DNA from: Podarcis filfolensis
Lineage: Eukaryota
NCBI GenBank assembly: GCA_964270895.1
Contig: OZ185436.1
Strand: one strand, 5' to 3'
Length of the DNA stretch: 64,000 nt
This document shows positions 11,267 through 51,148 of the stretch, piece after piece (the stretch's first letter is position 1; every line of letters begins with the position of its first letter). Made by a program: the position numbers and the translations under genes. The notes below the pieces were generated by a model, which was not told the origin of the DNA, did not search any database, and was given only the letters and a program-made list of their open reading frames with translations.

Positions 11267-13490
11267 CACCTTTGACCTCCCCTTGCCAGCACCGTCCCAA
11301 ACTGCTGAAGCAGTGCTAAGGAAACCACTCAGGGACCTGAGAATGAAGGCAGCCTTCAAGGAAACCAAGCAACACAGAAATGCATGCACTCCTCCTCTTC
11401 TCGAAGACGGCGTTTCAACTGCCTGGGTCTGGCACAAGGCAAAGTTGGCATTAAAGGTTGAAATGGACCAAGTATTTGTGGAACAGAGAATGAAATTGCT
11501 TTTAAATTAATATATGTTGTCTTTATCCTGTTGTTCTTCGACTGTGGATGTTAAAAGTGTGAAATGCTGGTGTCTCTCTTAATGCTGTATCTTAACTTTC
11601 TTCTGCAATACTTTCCTAAGCCTTTCTTGCTGTGATTTCCTGTTTTATTCCTATATTATATATAAAATCTTTACTGAACATAGAACAGGTGTTTCTTCAA
11701 CTGAGGATTCTTCCAACTATTTATTTTAGTATACAACAAAAGGTACCACCAGTCTCCTTGTGAGATATATTAATCCAGTTAATATATCAATTTTAGCAAC
11801 AAGCAGTGTTGCCCACTTCAAGTCATTGCTTTGCAGTGAAACATTTGATTTCCTTTCTTTTTTTTTGGTAGCTGCACTAATTTCTAGGTAATTTTACTAA
11901 AGGCTCCACTTGATGCTTCACATCATTTAATGGAAAGCCAGAATAGGTAATATTTTCCCAGATGCATTCCATCTATCTTGTTGAAATGTTCCAGAACTCC
12001 TGGGTTATTATTATTATTTGAATAGTGTGTGAATAGTTTCCTTTCCACATCATGCATACGGCAAACCTATTTTGTCTGCTTATTAAAAACCACATATTTT
12101 ACTTAACTGTTTTACCTGGTCCTCCCCGCCTTTTTACACCCCCTCAAACTCCAAACCCCAAGCAGAGAAGCCTATGAAAAGGGAGGATTTTTAATTGACA
12201 CTAATGTAAACATTGCTCCAAGTGGAGCAGATAATAATAACAACAATAAAACAATTAGCATGGTGCATGGTGGTTACCAGAGGTGAATGGCAATAACAGT
12301 GCAGGGAAGGTATAAGACAAATTACTAGAGAAACCAAATTATTATGAAGCGCTCCTGAGTTATTGGCATTAATGCAAGCTTGTTCTTACCCATCTTCTTG
12401 AACCAAAGTCACAGATGAAGTATTACCTGTTTGGGGTTTTTGTTTTTATTATGTATTGGTGATATTTAAGTTAAAATGCATTGGATGGGTAAGATGAAAG
12501 CGATCCTTTATTGCATATCTTCTACTTTATTGATGAGAACAGGATTTGCACATTCATAAATGGAAACAATCTTCCGTCCCCCCAAAAAGAGGACTCAGGA
12601 TTCTTTCTTTCTGTGAACCTTAAGCAGCCACATCTTTGCCTCGGTGCATTCCTTGAGTGGAGCTCAAGAGCCTAGTGAAGAATGGGGCCCTCTAGGATTT
12701 TCAAGTATTTATATGCAAAGAGGGATACTATGCTGTAAGTGAACTTCTGAAATTGGATCAGTCCTGCTTTAGGGTCACTACCCAACAGGGATATGCTCCA
12801 GATATATCCTGTTGCAATGAATGGGAGGCGTGTGAAAGAAATTCCTGTTAGTGATAAAACTTCATGCATGTTAGGCCAGTTGTGTTTGTTGTACTAAGCC
12901 AATATATAGTGTAAATAATCTGTCCCTGTGATACAAATCAGCAAGCAGCAGATTAGGTGCCTGTTTGTTCTTGAACCGAAGAAAGCTTTGTCCCGTGTGA
13001 TTTGAATGCTTTTTTGCCTTGCTGTCTGTGTTGGTACCTCATCAAACCTTGCCATGCTGTTAATGTTAAGAGTTCTCTGCTATGTAAGCTTTGCCAAGTG
13101 GAGACTCGTTTATGTGGCTGGGTGCTATAATGTAACATACTGCCGTGTTCTTCATTTCTTTAATAAGGTAGCTTAGCAATATATTCAGCATTCTGGAGAT
13201 AAGCCATAAAGCCAACCTTATTTCAGAAACATAAAAAGGACTATGTTAAACTATCAAACACTTCAAAAGCGCTTTAGCTGTATGCCATCCTTTAAGATAA
13301 TATGCCTTGACATCATAATGTATTTATTCAGGTAGATCACTACTTACTGGAGTAGATGAAAAGGGAGAGCTCTGCTGTTGGCCCACAGTACAGTGTCAGC
13401 TGGAGAAGGGGATTTTGGGTAATGGCTTAAATCACAGATGAATCGTGTCAACAGCCCAGCCCTAACTTCTCTAGATGTGAGCCACAAGTA

Positions 13491-13547
<57 letters not shown>
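13491..13547. repeat. (ATT)n microsatellite
   Basis: Read directly from the sequence. Confidence 0.95.
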
Positions 13548-13548
<1 letters not shown>

Positions 13549-16500
13549 GCTACTTAGTGGGCTTGAGTTCACCCCTGAAAAGTTGAGGATTCATGAGCAG
13601 AAAATTGTGCAGGTATAACTTTAGATTTTAAGTGGTAAATGTGGTTCCTATAAGAAAATATTCTCCTCTGAGTTAGCTAAGCCTGCAAGTTAGCTTTCAT
13701 TGGTGGGTGTAGCATTTTCTTCTAGCCTTTTGTTAACCAGAAGTATTTGCTTTCTCCCCCTCCCCCCAACCTTCATATTTCTCAATGTGCTGTAAAACTG
13801 TGGCTAAATATTTTATGTATAGTAGATATTTTTATAGGCTACATCTAAATATACTGTGATAACAGTAGTTTCTATTTACAAGATTGTATAACTGAAAAAA
13901 ATCGTTGTGTGCAAGAATAAATTATAATTGTATGTTGATACTTGAAAATGAAAATACTTGGAATCTCTGGATTCTAATTTAACTTAAGATGTGATCCTAA
14001 TTCCACAATTTGGAAATGAGCCCCTTTGAAATGAGCTTGCTTGCTTCAAAGTAAATGAGTTTAAAACTGATATGTTAGATGGTTGGTGTGCCACCAGCTT
14101 CATCTGGGTTTCTAGCGATCAACTAATCCAGAAGACCTCCTGTATTTGTTGATCCACAGGACTGCTTCATCCTCAGCTTTTGAAAGTGTGAAGAGTGTTT
14201 CTAAAAATATGGATCTGACAGGTACATTTATCAGAGAGTTGCCATTACTAGCAATTTCCTTTTAAGTGTACACTTGAATGAAAGCCAGTGGCTTTGCTTA
14301 TGTGAAATGCCTCTCAGTAGGTTCTAGAAATGGAAAAGGTTATGAAAATTATTTCCTTTTGTCATAACATGTATCGTAGACCCAAATGATTTTGAGTGAG
14401 ACTAATTCGGATGTGACTGTTAACTCACCTAGTTCTAAGGATATATTTGGCCTTCAATTTAATCTTACGTGAGATTTATACCAAGCTAATAAACATTGTT
14501 TTAAGTTGTGAGGGATGCTAATTGACTTTTCTCTCTCCTGGATTATTATTATTATTATTTTTTGACACTTCAGGTATGTGCAAACGTGTCCAGCTCAAGT
14601 GCAACGATGTTCAAACTGAAATCTGTCAATTGGGTCAAGCATATATTTCAAGTGCTATTGATGAATATTGAGTCATTTCCAGGTTTTTATATTCTACAAG
14701 AACAGGCCAGGAACTGTGAGGTTTGCTGGAGTTAGTGCTAGATGAACTGTCACTGGATGAACTGTCAATGTTTGGTTTTAAGCAGCACTGCTGTATTTAC
14801 ATATGTTTTTTAAAGTGTTGCTGGCACTTTGAGACTAGCAGAAACAGGTGACTGCTTCTTTTAAACACCTACTCCTCCTTCAACCATAATTTATTTACCC
14901 CCTGCCATTACTCTTAAAACGACTCTTCTTTTAGGCTGCCATTGCCAGTGTTTAAATAGCACTGTCGTTGTTCCGGGTTGTTTCCTGAAAATGCTGGATT
15001 AATTTGGATCAAAGAGAATCAGAACTTTATCTTTCTACAATTTTCAGCTATCTTTCTACATTTTTTTACATCAAAGAGTGCCATTTATTTAATGTAGTGA
15101 TGCAAGTGTAGCACTGTATCCTGGCATGTCCATTTTATAGGGCATAGAACCCACATGGTTCGTAGCCGCTGGGACAAAAAGAAAGAATTAGGACAATCAC
15201 AAACTCTGTTGTCTTCATGACTGCTGTATGATAATTCTATGAACACGCATCCCTCTCTTTTCTTAATACATTGTACCAGTCTTTGTACATTGTCTTAATG
15301 TATGCCTTTTAAAAATGCCTGTGACTAGGGTAGAGCCCACTAATAATTAGAGCCGACAACAGCAGTACAGTCCCCTCTATGTAGCAAATCTTCTATAACT
15401 CTCTTCACTTTCCCAGCTGCCATCACTCTTTCCTCGGCCATCCCTTCTTTTCCATCTTTTCCATCTTCCTCTGTGTTTGCATCATTCCTTTTAAACCGAA
15501 TTGTTTTCACTCCATAGAGAATAACCACTTAACAGATTTTAACCAGCTGGTTCCACAAAGTCAGGGTTCACAAGATGCTGAGATGATGGATTCCTTTCAT
15601 TTTTGTTTAGGATGGAGATAATTGCGGTTAGGGAGTAATCTGTTAATTGTGCCTCACAAGTTGGAGGCTTTAAATGCTTAAAGCAGACTGAACTCCACCC
15701 TGCTCAGTATTTAAGCCTCTCCTATTTTATCTTAGTCTGAGTCTTTGTTATTGACAAAATCTAAAAACATGGAAAATGGTGTGATGGATCCTTTTTTCAC
15801 CCTATTCCAAACTTATTTTTGAAGGGTTGTTTTGTTCTTAACAAAACAACAGATAGAAAATGACCCTTCCTGCTAGTCAGATGATCCTGGGATCAATTCT
15901 GCCCTGCTCACTCTATCTTGTGTAGTCTGCATTAACCACAGGAAGGATCTGTCTAGAAGTGTTCTATTTTCCCTGAAAGTTACCAGGCATCTAACACTAC
16001 CAATTCTTGAATGTTTGTTTGTGTGCCTGATGTTGATGATGTGTAATGGGTGAGGACACTGAGTTGGCAAGTACAAGCCATGCTTTGGTGATGTGGCACA
16101 AATTCATTTAAAGAATTTTAACTAATATAATTTAATGTAATTAAGGTATGTCAGTAGCTGGATTACACTATGTGCCCAAGACCCAGTAAAGGGTTGGCTC
16201 TCATGTTCCCCACTTCCCATTCTCCTGTGTGGCCAGCTTTCAGTTTCAAAGAATGTTGATGTGTCAAACAAACCAATTTCAAACCATGGGTTATGAAGTT
16301 GTCTTGTTTAACCAGGTAGTTTTGTAGACATCACCAGCTGCTGTCTTGTAATTCATAGTATTGTTGTATTTCTTTTTTTAGCTGATCAAGGAATTTTCAC
16401 TTTCCTTTACCATGCTATGATGTTTGGAAATAAGCTGACAAAGTAGTGCAGGAATGGGGAACCTTAGGCCTGGGTGGGAGGCAAAACTATCCCTGGACTT

Positions 16501-18762
16501 TCTAGTCCAGACCTCCTACTGGCCCTTCTTTGCACATGCTGTGTTTTTGTCTGATTAGACTGTGTTATTGTAGCCTAATGCCTCTTGATTGTCTGCATGA
16601 AGAATAGAAAGTGTGTGCGTCTCTATGTGTAGAAACTAGCCTGATTTACAAAAGTTAAATTGAGTTGCCTCTCTGCCCCTTAGAAACACTCGCATGCACC
16701 CCCAAGAAGGGTGTGTGGCCCTTGAGCTGAAAAAGATTTCTGATGGCAGTATAAATAAAGAAATAGTTTAAATGTTACAGAAGACAGTTGGCAATTTTCT
16801 GTAATGCTTCTGTAATGTTAGTCAGTGTTAATCAGATGGAGGGAAATCAATTATGGAATAAATAATGAATCTAACATTCCATAGGAAATACCTTAGTTTT
16901 ACTTTTACTTGTAGCTCTAGGAAGTGGCCTAATATGTCCAGAGGTACATTCTGAATTTATGGAGGATTTATAAATTGCTGTTACGAAGGAAGTTGCCTGA
17001 GGAGAATTCAGTTTATATCAGGCCAGTGTTGAGCCCAGAGTCATTTTTAAACTTCCTAATTTCATGAAATATCTGGATAATCACCCAGAGTCCAACTGGC
17101 AAATCTTGTGTAGACTACCACGACAGACCTATATTTAATTTAGTATTACCTCAGTGTTTAAAAAGTAGTTTACAAATGCATAGTGGTATGTGTAGCTGTG
17201 GAAACTTGTGCTTTTGCCTATAAAAACAAACTCCTAGGAAGTATTGTACTGCCTGACTCTTTAGCCAAAGTGTCTGCTGTTGATGCCTAGAGAATAAATA
17301 TTTTTAGTAACCTATGAAACCTGGCACATGGGAAAGATACATCTTGCAGCAAGCTGGACTTAACAAATCATGTGACTTTCAACAAGAGTAAGGCTAGATT
17401 TGTAGCTATCAAAACAAAGAGTTTCCACAGTAGGGATATTTCAAGTTGCAAGTGGTGCACTTCTGCCTTGAAGCATCACCCAACTTTCAAGAAGCAAAAA
17501 TATTAAAGCTAAAGATTCTGTGTATCTTAAAAAGAATCATGAATGTTTAAAAATGCTGTCATGTGTCCCTGAGAGAGCATCCCAGGGGACCATAGCCTTT
17601 TTAATGGATACCAGAGCTCTAATGTTGGTGCCTCCAAAGCCTAGGGCTGAACCAATGCCAGAACACTGTTGGCATTAGAGCTAAAAAGGGAGTGTTGCTC
17701 TGGCATCAACACCCTGAGGATTAATTCCAAGGGACATCCATTTTAGGCCTCAGGGGAAGCCATTGCAGGGAAGGCAATATTTATGGTAGTGGAGTGGGGG
17801 AAGTAGGAATACTTGGTAGCTAGGGCCCCTGCAGGCTAGCAAGAATATCCTCAAAGTCAGTGGTGGCTTGTGCTTAAAAGAGCCTGCTTTGTGGGTTAGT
17901 GTCCAGGTCATTCGCTTTCAGAGGGTAAAATAGGAAGGGCAGCGTTTCAGATAACAGATGTATTTTTATTTAGCCTTCTAAGTTTTTCAACAATCCATAA
18001 TCAATACATCGGTTTGACAGCATTCCTTCCCTGTTACCCCACATCCCACCCACCCCACAGTTTCAACATGCTGTACATGTTGTAGGGTGTTTCTGCCTAG
18101 CCTAAAAATCTGTTATCTGGATCAAGATACAAGGTAGCAATGATTAGTTATCACATACTGTGTATTTAAATACTCCTACGGGAACTAGCCTTCATCTTCT
18201 CAAACGTGCTGAGGCTTGACTAGACCTATATTGGCTGGCAACGAGGCCAAAGTTAGACCCAAACCACACAGGTCTTTAACGGCAGGTTCTTTGAAATGAG
18301 ACCTGCCCACCATCCTTCATTAAAGGTGTGTTGCCCGGTCTCATGCATGCCCAACTGCATTCTACCTCACTGTGTGCCCAATACAGATTGATACCTGGAA
18401 AAATAAATGACAAGATGGCACCTCCTCCCCCACTTACACAACCAAGTTGAGAGTTCTATTTGTCTTCCAACACTGAGGACAGGACAGCATCCTCAAAGGG
18501 GGCGGGGGACTAAATGGCACACATACACGCAGCTTTGTTCTCTAGCACTTCACTTCCTCACTCACTGAGTTGCAGATAGGGGGCCTGTGGTAGCTGTAGT
18601 CTAATAAGGAAAGGCCCACATGTTTTTAAATTAAAAAAAGACTACTTTCACTGTCTTTTAGATGGGGCTTCATCCATGAACAGCAAAGCAAGAACAACTT
18701 AAAAGGCTGTAAACCTGCTGGATTGAGGGCCTGAGAAGCACCATAATCAATTGATGCCACTT

Positions 18763-18858
18763 TTTATTAATTAAAAATAGCAATATTTGAAGCTCAGAAT
18801 CAACTCAAATTATTTAGTTTGATGGACGTTAAAAACTGCCTAGCCATTTCACTTTATT
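18763..18858 (-). terminator. Candidate PRKCD polyadenylation signals (AATAAA on the - strand at 18858-18853 and 18768-18763)
   Basis: Canonical hexamers about 340 and 430 nt downstream of the stop codon. Which one is used cannot be told from sequence alone. Confidence 0.45.
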
Positions 18859-19195
18859 TGAAGGGTAGTACCCTTTGATAACCTCTTTCACCTCTTGAGC
18901 AAAATATACAGCATATACATAATTCCCCCCCCAAACGGATAACTACATTCAAGTAACCACGTACACAATTTACATTTTCCCTACTGCAGAGGAAGTCATT
19001 TAAATATGATTCACAAGGATACTTAAACTCAGCCATGCACAATGAAGCTACCGCCAGAATGAGCACAATTAGTCGCTATTGAGTGTTGTTCGGAATGAAA
19101 GGAAAGAGACGACGGTATCCTTTGATCACATTTCACATGGAGTGCTCGAAAACTTCCATTACAGCAGTACCTGAAAGTTCCTCTGTGCTGATAAA

Positions 19196-45630
<26,435 letters not shown>

Positions 45631-48326
45631 TTCTCATAGCACAATTGTAAACCTACACAGGGGGAAAAAACAGACAAAAAAGTTAAGGCTAGAGTTAAAA
45701 ATTGGGCTGTGTGGAGAACATAAGATGAAGAAAGGACTCAGTAAACCTTGCTTGAAATCAACTCCTGGTGTGTTCTGATACCCATCTGCTGAGTTGACTA
45801 AATTTATAGGAAAAAGATTAGATGCTTCTTTCTTTCCAGTAAAATTATAATAAATCCAATTCAGAATAAATCTGAATCCAGACATTCTAGTTCACATACA
45901 GCTTTTTAAAACCAAAAACCAAAATGCATCATGTTATTGTGTGCATATTGTCTCAGATCCTAAGAACTAAGTGTCTTGCTCTTCTCATGGAACAGAGGTT
46001 TTCACACTTTCTGTACCCCCAAAACCAGATCTATAAGGTCTGAGGACCCTGGGAAATGGTGTGAGATATGGCATAAGAGAGGCTGCAGATGGCCGGAAGA
46101 TTTGAAAACTGCAGGAGCCCCTTCCTTGGATGTGCAGAAGTGCTTTTCTGATCACAATGCACGCTTTTTGGAACCAAACCACATATCTTTGGCTAGTGGC
46201 CATAATTAACCTTTCTAGCTGACACATCATATATAAATCTTTTCATTTTTCTTATCCTGCTGTTGGAAACTTATTGTTCTAGATCACTGTCCATCCTGAT
46301 AAGACACTTAAGCCGCACCAGTATTTAGCTAATGACAAATTTATTAACAGAAAGCAAACATGTGTTTGGCTCCCTGCAGTTCTGTCATTGTGTTTAAGGC
46401 TGACACAAGCGCCAAAAACAAGTCATCAGTAGAATGTTTCATTCTTCTCTGGACTAAATGAGGGCACAAACGTTGTTCATTTGTTTGCTTCATCTTACTT
46501 TAAATAAATCACTACCCCTACTTTGTCTAGACAGCTTGGTATCAAGATTTTAATGTTATAAGTCTTCTCATTCAAAATACTAATATCTCACCTAATCCCC
46601 AAATTGAAATCAAGGTGTCTTACATAAAAGCATATCACAGAATAAATAAATACAGTATAAAATTATAAGCAAATCATGCATACTTAAATATAAACATTAA
46701 AGTTAAAATGCTTCCAATTTGATATATTAGCTATACATCTTTTAAAGCAGCACTAGATGACAAATATTTCAGACCTAAGAGAAAACTCTGCTTTAGAAAG
46801 CCTGTGGTCCAATATTACTATAAAAGAAAAACAAAATCTGTAATGAAAGATAAACTAAAAAGAAGTCTGTTAGATGTTTACAAATAGACATGAGGTCATC
46901 CTTACATTTTCTAACATATCACAAGACATTCAGTCTGCACATTCTCGGTACAAGCTACAAGCGCTACAGCCAGAAACTATGATCTAAACCTCAAAATATG
47001 TGAAGCTTGATTGAATCATCATTCATGTGCATGGGAAACCTTTCACACAGATAAACTTCTGTGATCTATTTGCCTGCATAATTAAGAAGTCCAGTATTTC
47101 ACTTGTGAAATATGCATAAAGTACAAAAGCATCTGGTTTTAGTACTTTCCCCTGCCACCTAGTAGTTTCAGTCTTTAAAAAAACCCCGCAAAACTACTCC
47201 AACCCACAAATCAGATCAGGTTCTATCCTGTCTTTCTTTCCCCAATTTGCTTGCTTAAATCATTCGGAATTATTTGTACCTCATTTCCTACTGTCCGCTT
47301 GTTCTCTCAATTACATGTGTGTTATTATAAAAATATTTTCAGATCTGATGTGTATTTTGGCATGAGATTGTAGGGCAAACACACATCTTGGTTTCCTCAA
47401 TTAAAAGACAAAAACCAATTCACAATCGTAATCCCCATTATATTTATACAGTATATCTATATATATATTTAATTTCTCCATTGCTTTTAGCAACACTCTT
47501 CACCTGTCCTGCATTAGCAACCACACAAATATAACCTTTCCTACTTCCTTACACTGAAGTCAATCTTAATCACAGAGCAATTCTGTTCCACAGGTAGATT
47601 TCCACATGAGATCTGCAAAAAACTCGCTTGTCAGTGGCTCATCCTGGCAAATCAGTAGGTGGCGCTCTTTCCACTGTATCAGTAAGTGATCTCCAGAAAC
47701 CATACTACAACACGAATTGTTGCAAAGTGTCCCTTCTGTCTTAAATTGGCTTAAAACCATTTTTTTAAATGAACAGCACACTCTTGCAGACTATTTTGTC
47801 AGTGCAAAGAAGGGTTTCATTTGCTATTATTAAAAATGTTGTATTTTAATGTTGTATTTTAACATAACCATAAATAACTGGTGTATAATTTCAAATAAGC
47901 ACCACTTATTATGTTATAACCTAAACTGAGGAATACACCCTGATTACTATAAGCAAAGCCCAACCATAAGATACACAATGATGCCACAAATTCCTTGCCA
48001 CCATTTGCCACCTCACACAATGGCCGGTGTGAATAAATGAAGAAGGTGCAGCCTTCAATTCTTCCAGTCTTTTAATTTTTTTTTAATGTTTTTATTAAAG
48101 ATTTTCTTGGGTTATTCTTCCAGTCTTTATTATTCAGACCACCACCACCCCATCCACTGGTCATTCCAGTCATTGGCACAGGTATGCCACCTTCCAGATT
48201 CTTCCAGTTCCACTTTGCAGAAAGTTCCTCTTTCTTTTTGTTTCACTCCAGACTATGTTATTAATGGAGCAGATTTCAAAGCAAAATGGAAGTAAGAAGA
48301 ACATGCATTTTGCAGTAATAACATAA

Positions 48327-48476
48327 CCCTGGATAGCTCAGTTGGTTGGAGCGTGGTGCTGATAACGCCAAGGTTGCAGGTTTGATCCCTGTATGGGACA
48401 GCTGCATATTCCTGCATTACAGGGGGCTTGGACTAGATGATCCTCAGGGTCCCTTCCATCCAGCTCTATGATTCTA
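48327..48476 (+). mobile_element. SINE with a tRNA-Ile-derived head (anticodon GAT) and a CR1-like tail
   Basis: tagctcagttggttggagcgtggtgctGATaacgccaaggttgcaggtttgatccc resembles vertebrate tRNA-Ile but has an unpaired acceptor stem; followed by ggactagatgatcctcagggtcccttcca...tatgattct. Confidence 0.8.
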
Positions 48477-49387
48477 ACCTTTGCCAGAGGCCTATTATCC
48501 CTTGCTGCCATGAATTAAGACAGTATCAGTGATGGGCAGTGCTTTTTCTGGGGGCGCTCAAGGGTAAAAGTATGGCACTTGTTTCATGGTGAGTACTGAC
48601 ACCTTTTCTTTCTAGAAGAACAGCACTGGGGATGGGGAGGGCCAGAAACAAAGCCAGGAAAAGGCCTTTCTCATTGGCAGCTCATCTTTCAGAGGCACTT
48701 CTTGGTATTGCCAGTACATCTCCTAGCTGTGTATTTGACTATGTGAGTTTAGCTCCCCCCGCCCCAATTATTTCTATTTATCCCAAACATATATATGAAA
48801 GACACAGTTTCTAGAGTATGAATCAGATCCTTTTAAACAGTTCAAACTGAAGGTTTTTTTCTGAATCATATTCTCTAAACAGTTATAAATCTTAAATTAA
48901 TATAGTATATATATTCCTGAACTGACATGCTCAGATAATATGCTTTGCTTGCTACTGAGTAGGGAATGGACTATTATAAACCCTTTCATTCCAAGGTACA
49001 TATCCTTCTTTGCTCTTACAGCAGGCTATAAAACTGAAGATGAATGAAATATTATTTTAAAGAGGAAGAGATTGTAATGTGGATCAAATGCTTTTTATTT
49101 TTGCTGTGGTGAGCATTTCCCTAGTAAACTAATGTTCATCATTGCCAACATGATTATTCGACTACCATTTAGGGGGAGAAGTCAGCATTTCCCATCTAGT
49201 CCTTGAGCTGATATTTGCATAAGTGTTTGTGTACCGTAAAAAGATACACCCATTGCAAGCAAGTGGTGCTTAGCAAGGATCCTAAAATACATTTAACAGC
49301 CAACATGCTTTCCACAAATTTTATTCAAGATGTCATTGACTGTTAAGAACAGGAAAAGAAGAATTCAGGTTTGATAGTTTCCAAGTG

Positions 49388-49646
49388 CCGTATTTTTCGC
49401 TCTATAAGACGCACCAGACCATAAGATGCACCTAGTTTTTGGAGGAGGAAAACAAGAAAAAAAATATTCTGAATCTCAGCAGCCAGAACAGCAAGAGGGA
49501 TCGCTGCGCAGCGAAAGCAGCAATCCCTCTTGCTGTTCTGGCTTCTGGGATAGCTGCGAAGCCTGCATTCGCTCCATAAGACGCACACACATTCCCCCTT
49601 ACTTTTTAGGCGGGAAAAAGTGAGTCTTATAGAGCAAGAAATATGG
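49388..49646. mobile_element. Tc2-like (Tc1/mariner) MITE
   Basis: TIRs ccgtatttttcgctctataagac and gtcttatagagcaagaaatatgg|ta. Confidence 0.8.
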
Positions 49647-49769
49647 TACTTGGTGACTCGCTGGCCTGGTTCACACATAAGCATGATTCAGTGTGCACAA
49701 ATGTGCACCAAAAATGAAGATCACACCTGCTGCATTATTTCCCCAGTCCTGTTGATGCTGGGCTCAGTA

Positions 49770-50018
49770 CAGTGGTACCTCTAGTTATGGACTCGATCCA
49801 TTCTAGGGTGCTGTTTGCACCCCAAAAAGTCTGCAACTAGAGTGCCACTTCTGCACACACGCACAGCATGATAGAGTGCTTCTGCACATGCACGAGACGC
49901 GCAGAGCACTTCTGTGCATGCACGCGTGGCGAAACCTGGAAGTATACACTTCCGGGTTTGCCGCATTCGTATCCTGAAAAAACACAACTGGAGACTGACG
50001 TAACAAGAGGTACAGCTG
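49770..50018. mobile_element. TA-flanked Tigger-like MITE with internal tandem subrepeats
   Basis: ta|cagtggtacctct ... agaggtacagctg|ta; about 3 copies of an internal cttctgcacatgc-like unit. Confidence 0.8.
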
Positions 50019-50931
50019 TAATACATCTGAACCTAGGCTGTGGTTGTTCTTGTCCAGTCAAATCTCAAGCTGTAAGCAATATTTGTTTTCTGTAGCTGCA
50101 GCAGCAGCAGATGAGGAGCACAGCAGATGCAAACTTCACCTTGGGAACCCACATTTACTCATTTATGCTGTTCCATGTTTGAGCATTGTGCATGAACTGG
50201 ACCAATGTCTCTTTATTGGCTCCCATGTTTAAAACAAAGTACTGCTAGACTGACAAAAGCTGAGCGGAAACTGTTTGCTTTCCTATATTTCAGAGGTCTC
50301 TACAGCAGCTCTCATAGCACTCCGAGGAACATAACAGCTGCTAACAAAACAATGTTTACTGGAATGAAACATAGTGCTTTATCTGTTAAAAAAAACAAAA
50401 CAAAAACAAAATGTTAAGATATTCTGTTTGTGACAGCTTTAAGGTGGGAGAAGGATAAGCTACTTACAAAATGTAGAAACAATATTTCAGTAATCTATGA
50501 GAAATAAAAGTAAAGATTTAGTCACAATATTGCAGTGTATTATGGAAAATATATTGGCCTGGTTCACAAATCACATTAAATGGCCATTAAAAATAAGCTA
50601 TGCTTTAATGAGAAGCAGCAGCACATAGTACACCTGGGGCAGGGGGGAAGCTCAGAGACCAAGGGCGGCAGCTGCAGTTGCCCAGAGGACTCCAAAGGAG
50701 AGGGGAGAACGGAGGAGGCTGAGGGAATACTTCACAAGGGATGGTGTTCAAAAAAGGGTGAGAGGCTGCCAGCTCTGCAGGCAAGGGGTGACCTAACTGG
50801 GCTCCTGAGTCCCACAGGGGTGCTGCAGAAAGAATGTAGTTGGTCAAGGGAGCCGTGGACCCAAAAAGGTTGAAAACCTCTCAGTCAAAAAATAAATATG
50901 AATTTATGCTATAAAAAAACTTAAGGAACTA

Positions 50932-51148
50932 CAGTGGCACCTCGGGTTACAGATGCTTCAAGTTTACAGACTCTGCTAACCCAGAGTAGTACCTCAGGTT
51001 AAGAACTTTGCTTCAGGATGAGAACAGAAATTGCACGGCGCAGCAGCGGGAGGCCCCATTAGCTAAGGTAGTACCTCAGGTTAAAAACAGTTTCAGGTTA
51101 ATAACAGACCTCAGGAACAAATTAAGTTCTTAACCCGAGGTACCACTG
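50932..51148. mobile_element. TA-flanked Tigger-like MITE
   Basis: ta|cagtggcacctcgggtta ... taacccgaggtaccactg|ta. Confidence 0.88.

Noticed and set aside
15340-15528. 62-aa charged ORF on the - strand (…NTEEDGKDGKEGMAEER…)
   Set aside because: Its composition is explained by a pyrimidine-rich + strand tract; no family motif or exon boundaries.
12000-19000. TKT or another gene expected downstream of PRKCD from human synteny
   Set aside because: No transketolase-like or other recognisable exons found between the two genes.
48327-48400. Functional tRNA-Ile(GAT) gene
   Set aside because: The acceptor stem does not pair, the B box is mutated and the sequence is fused to a LINE-like tail; treated as a SINE head.
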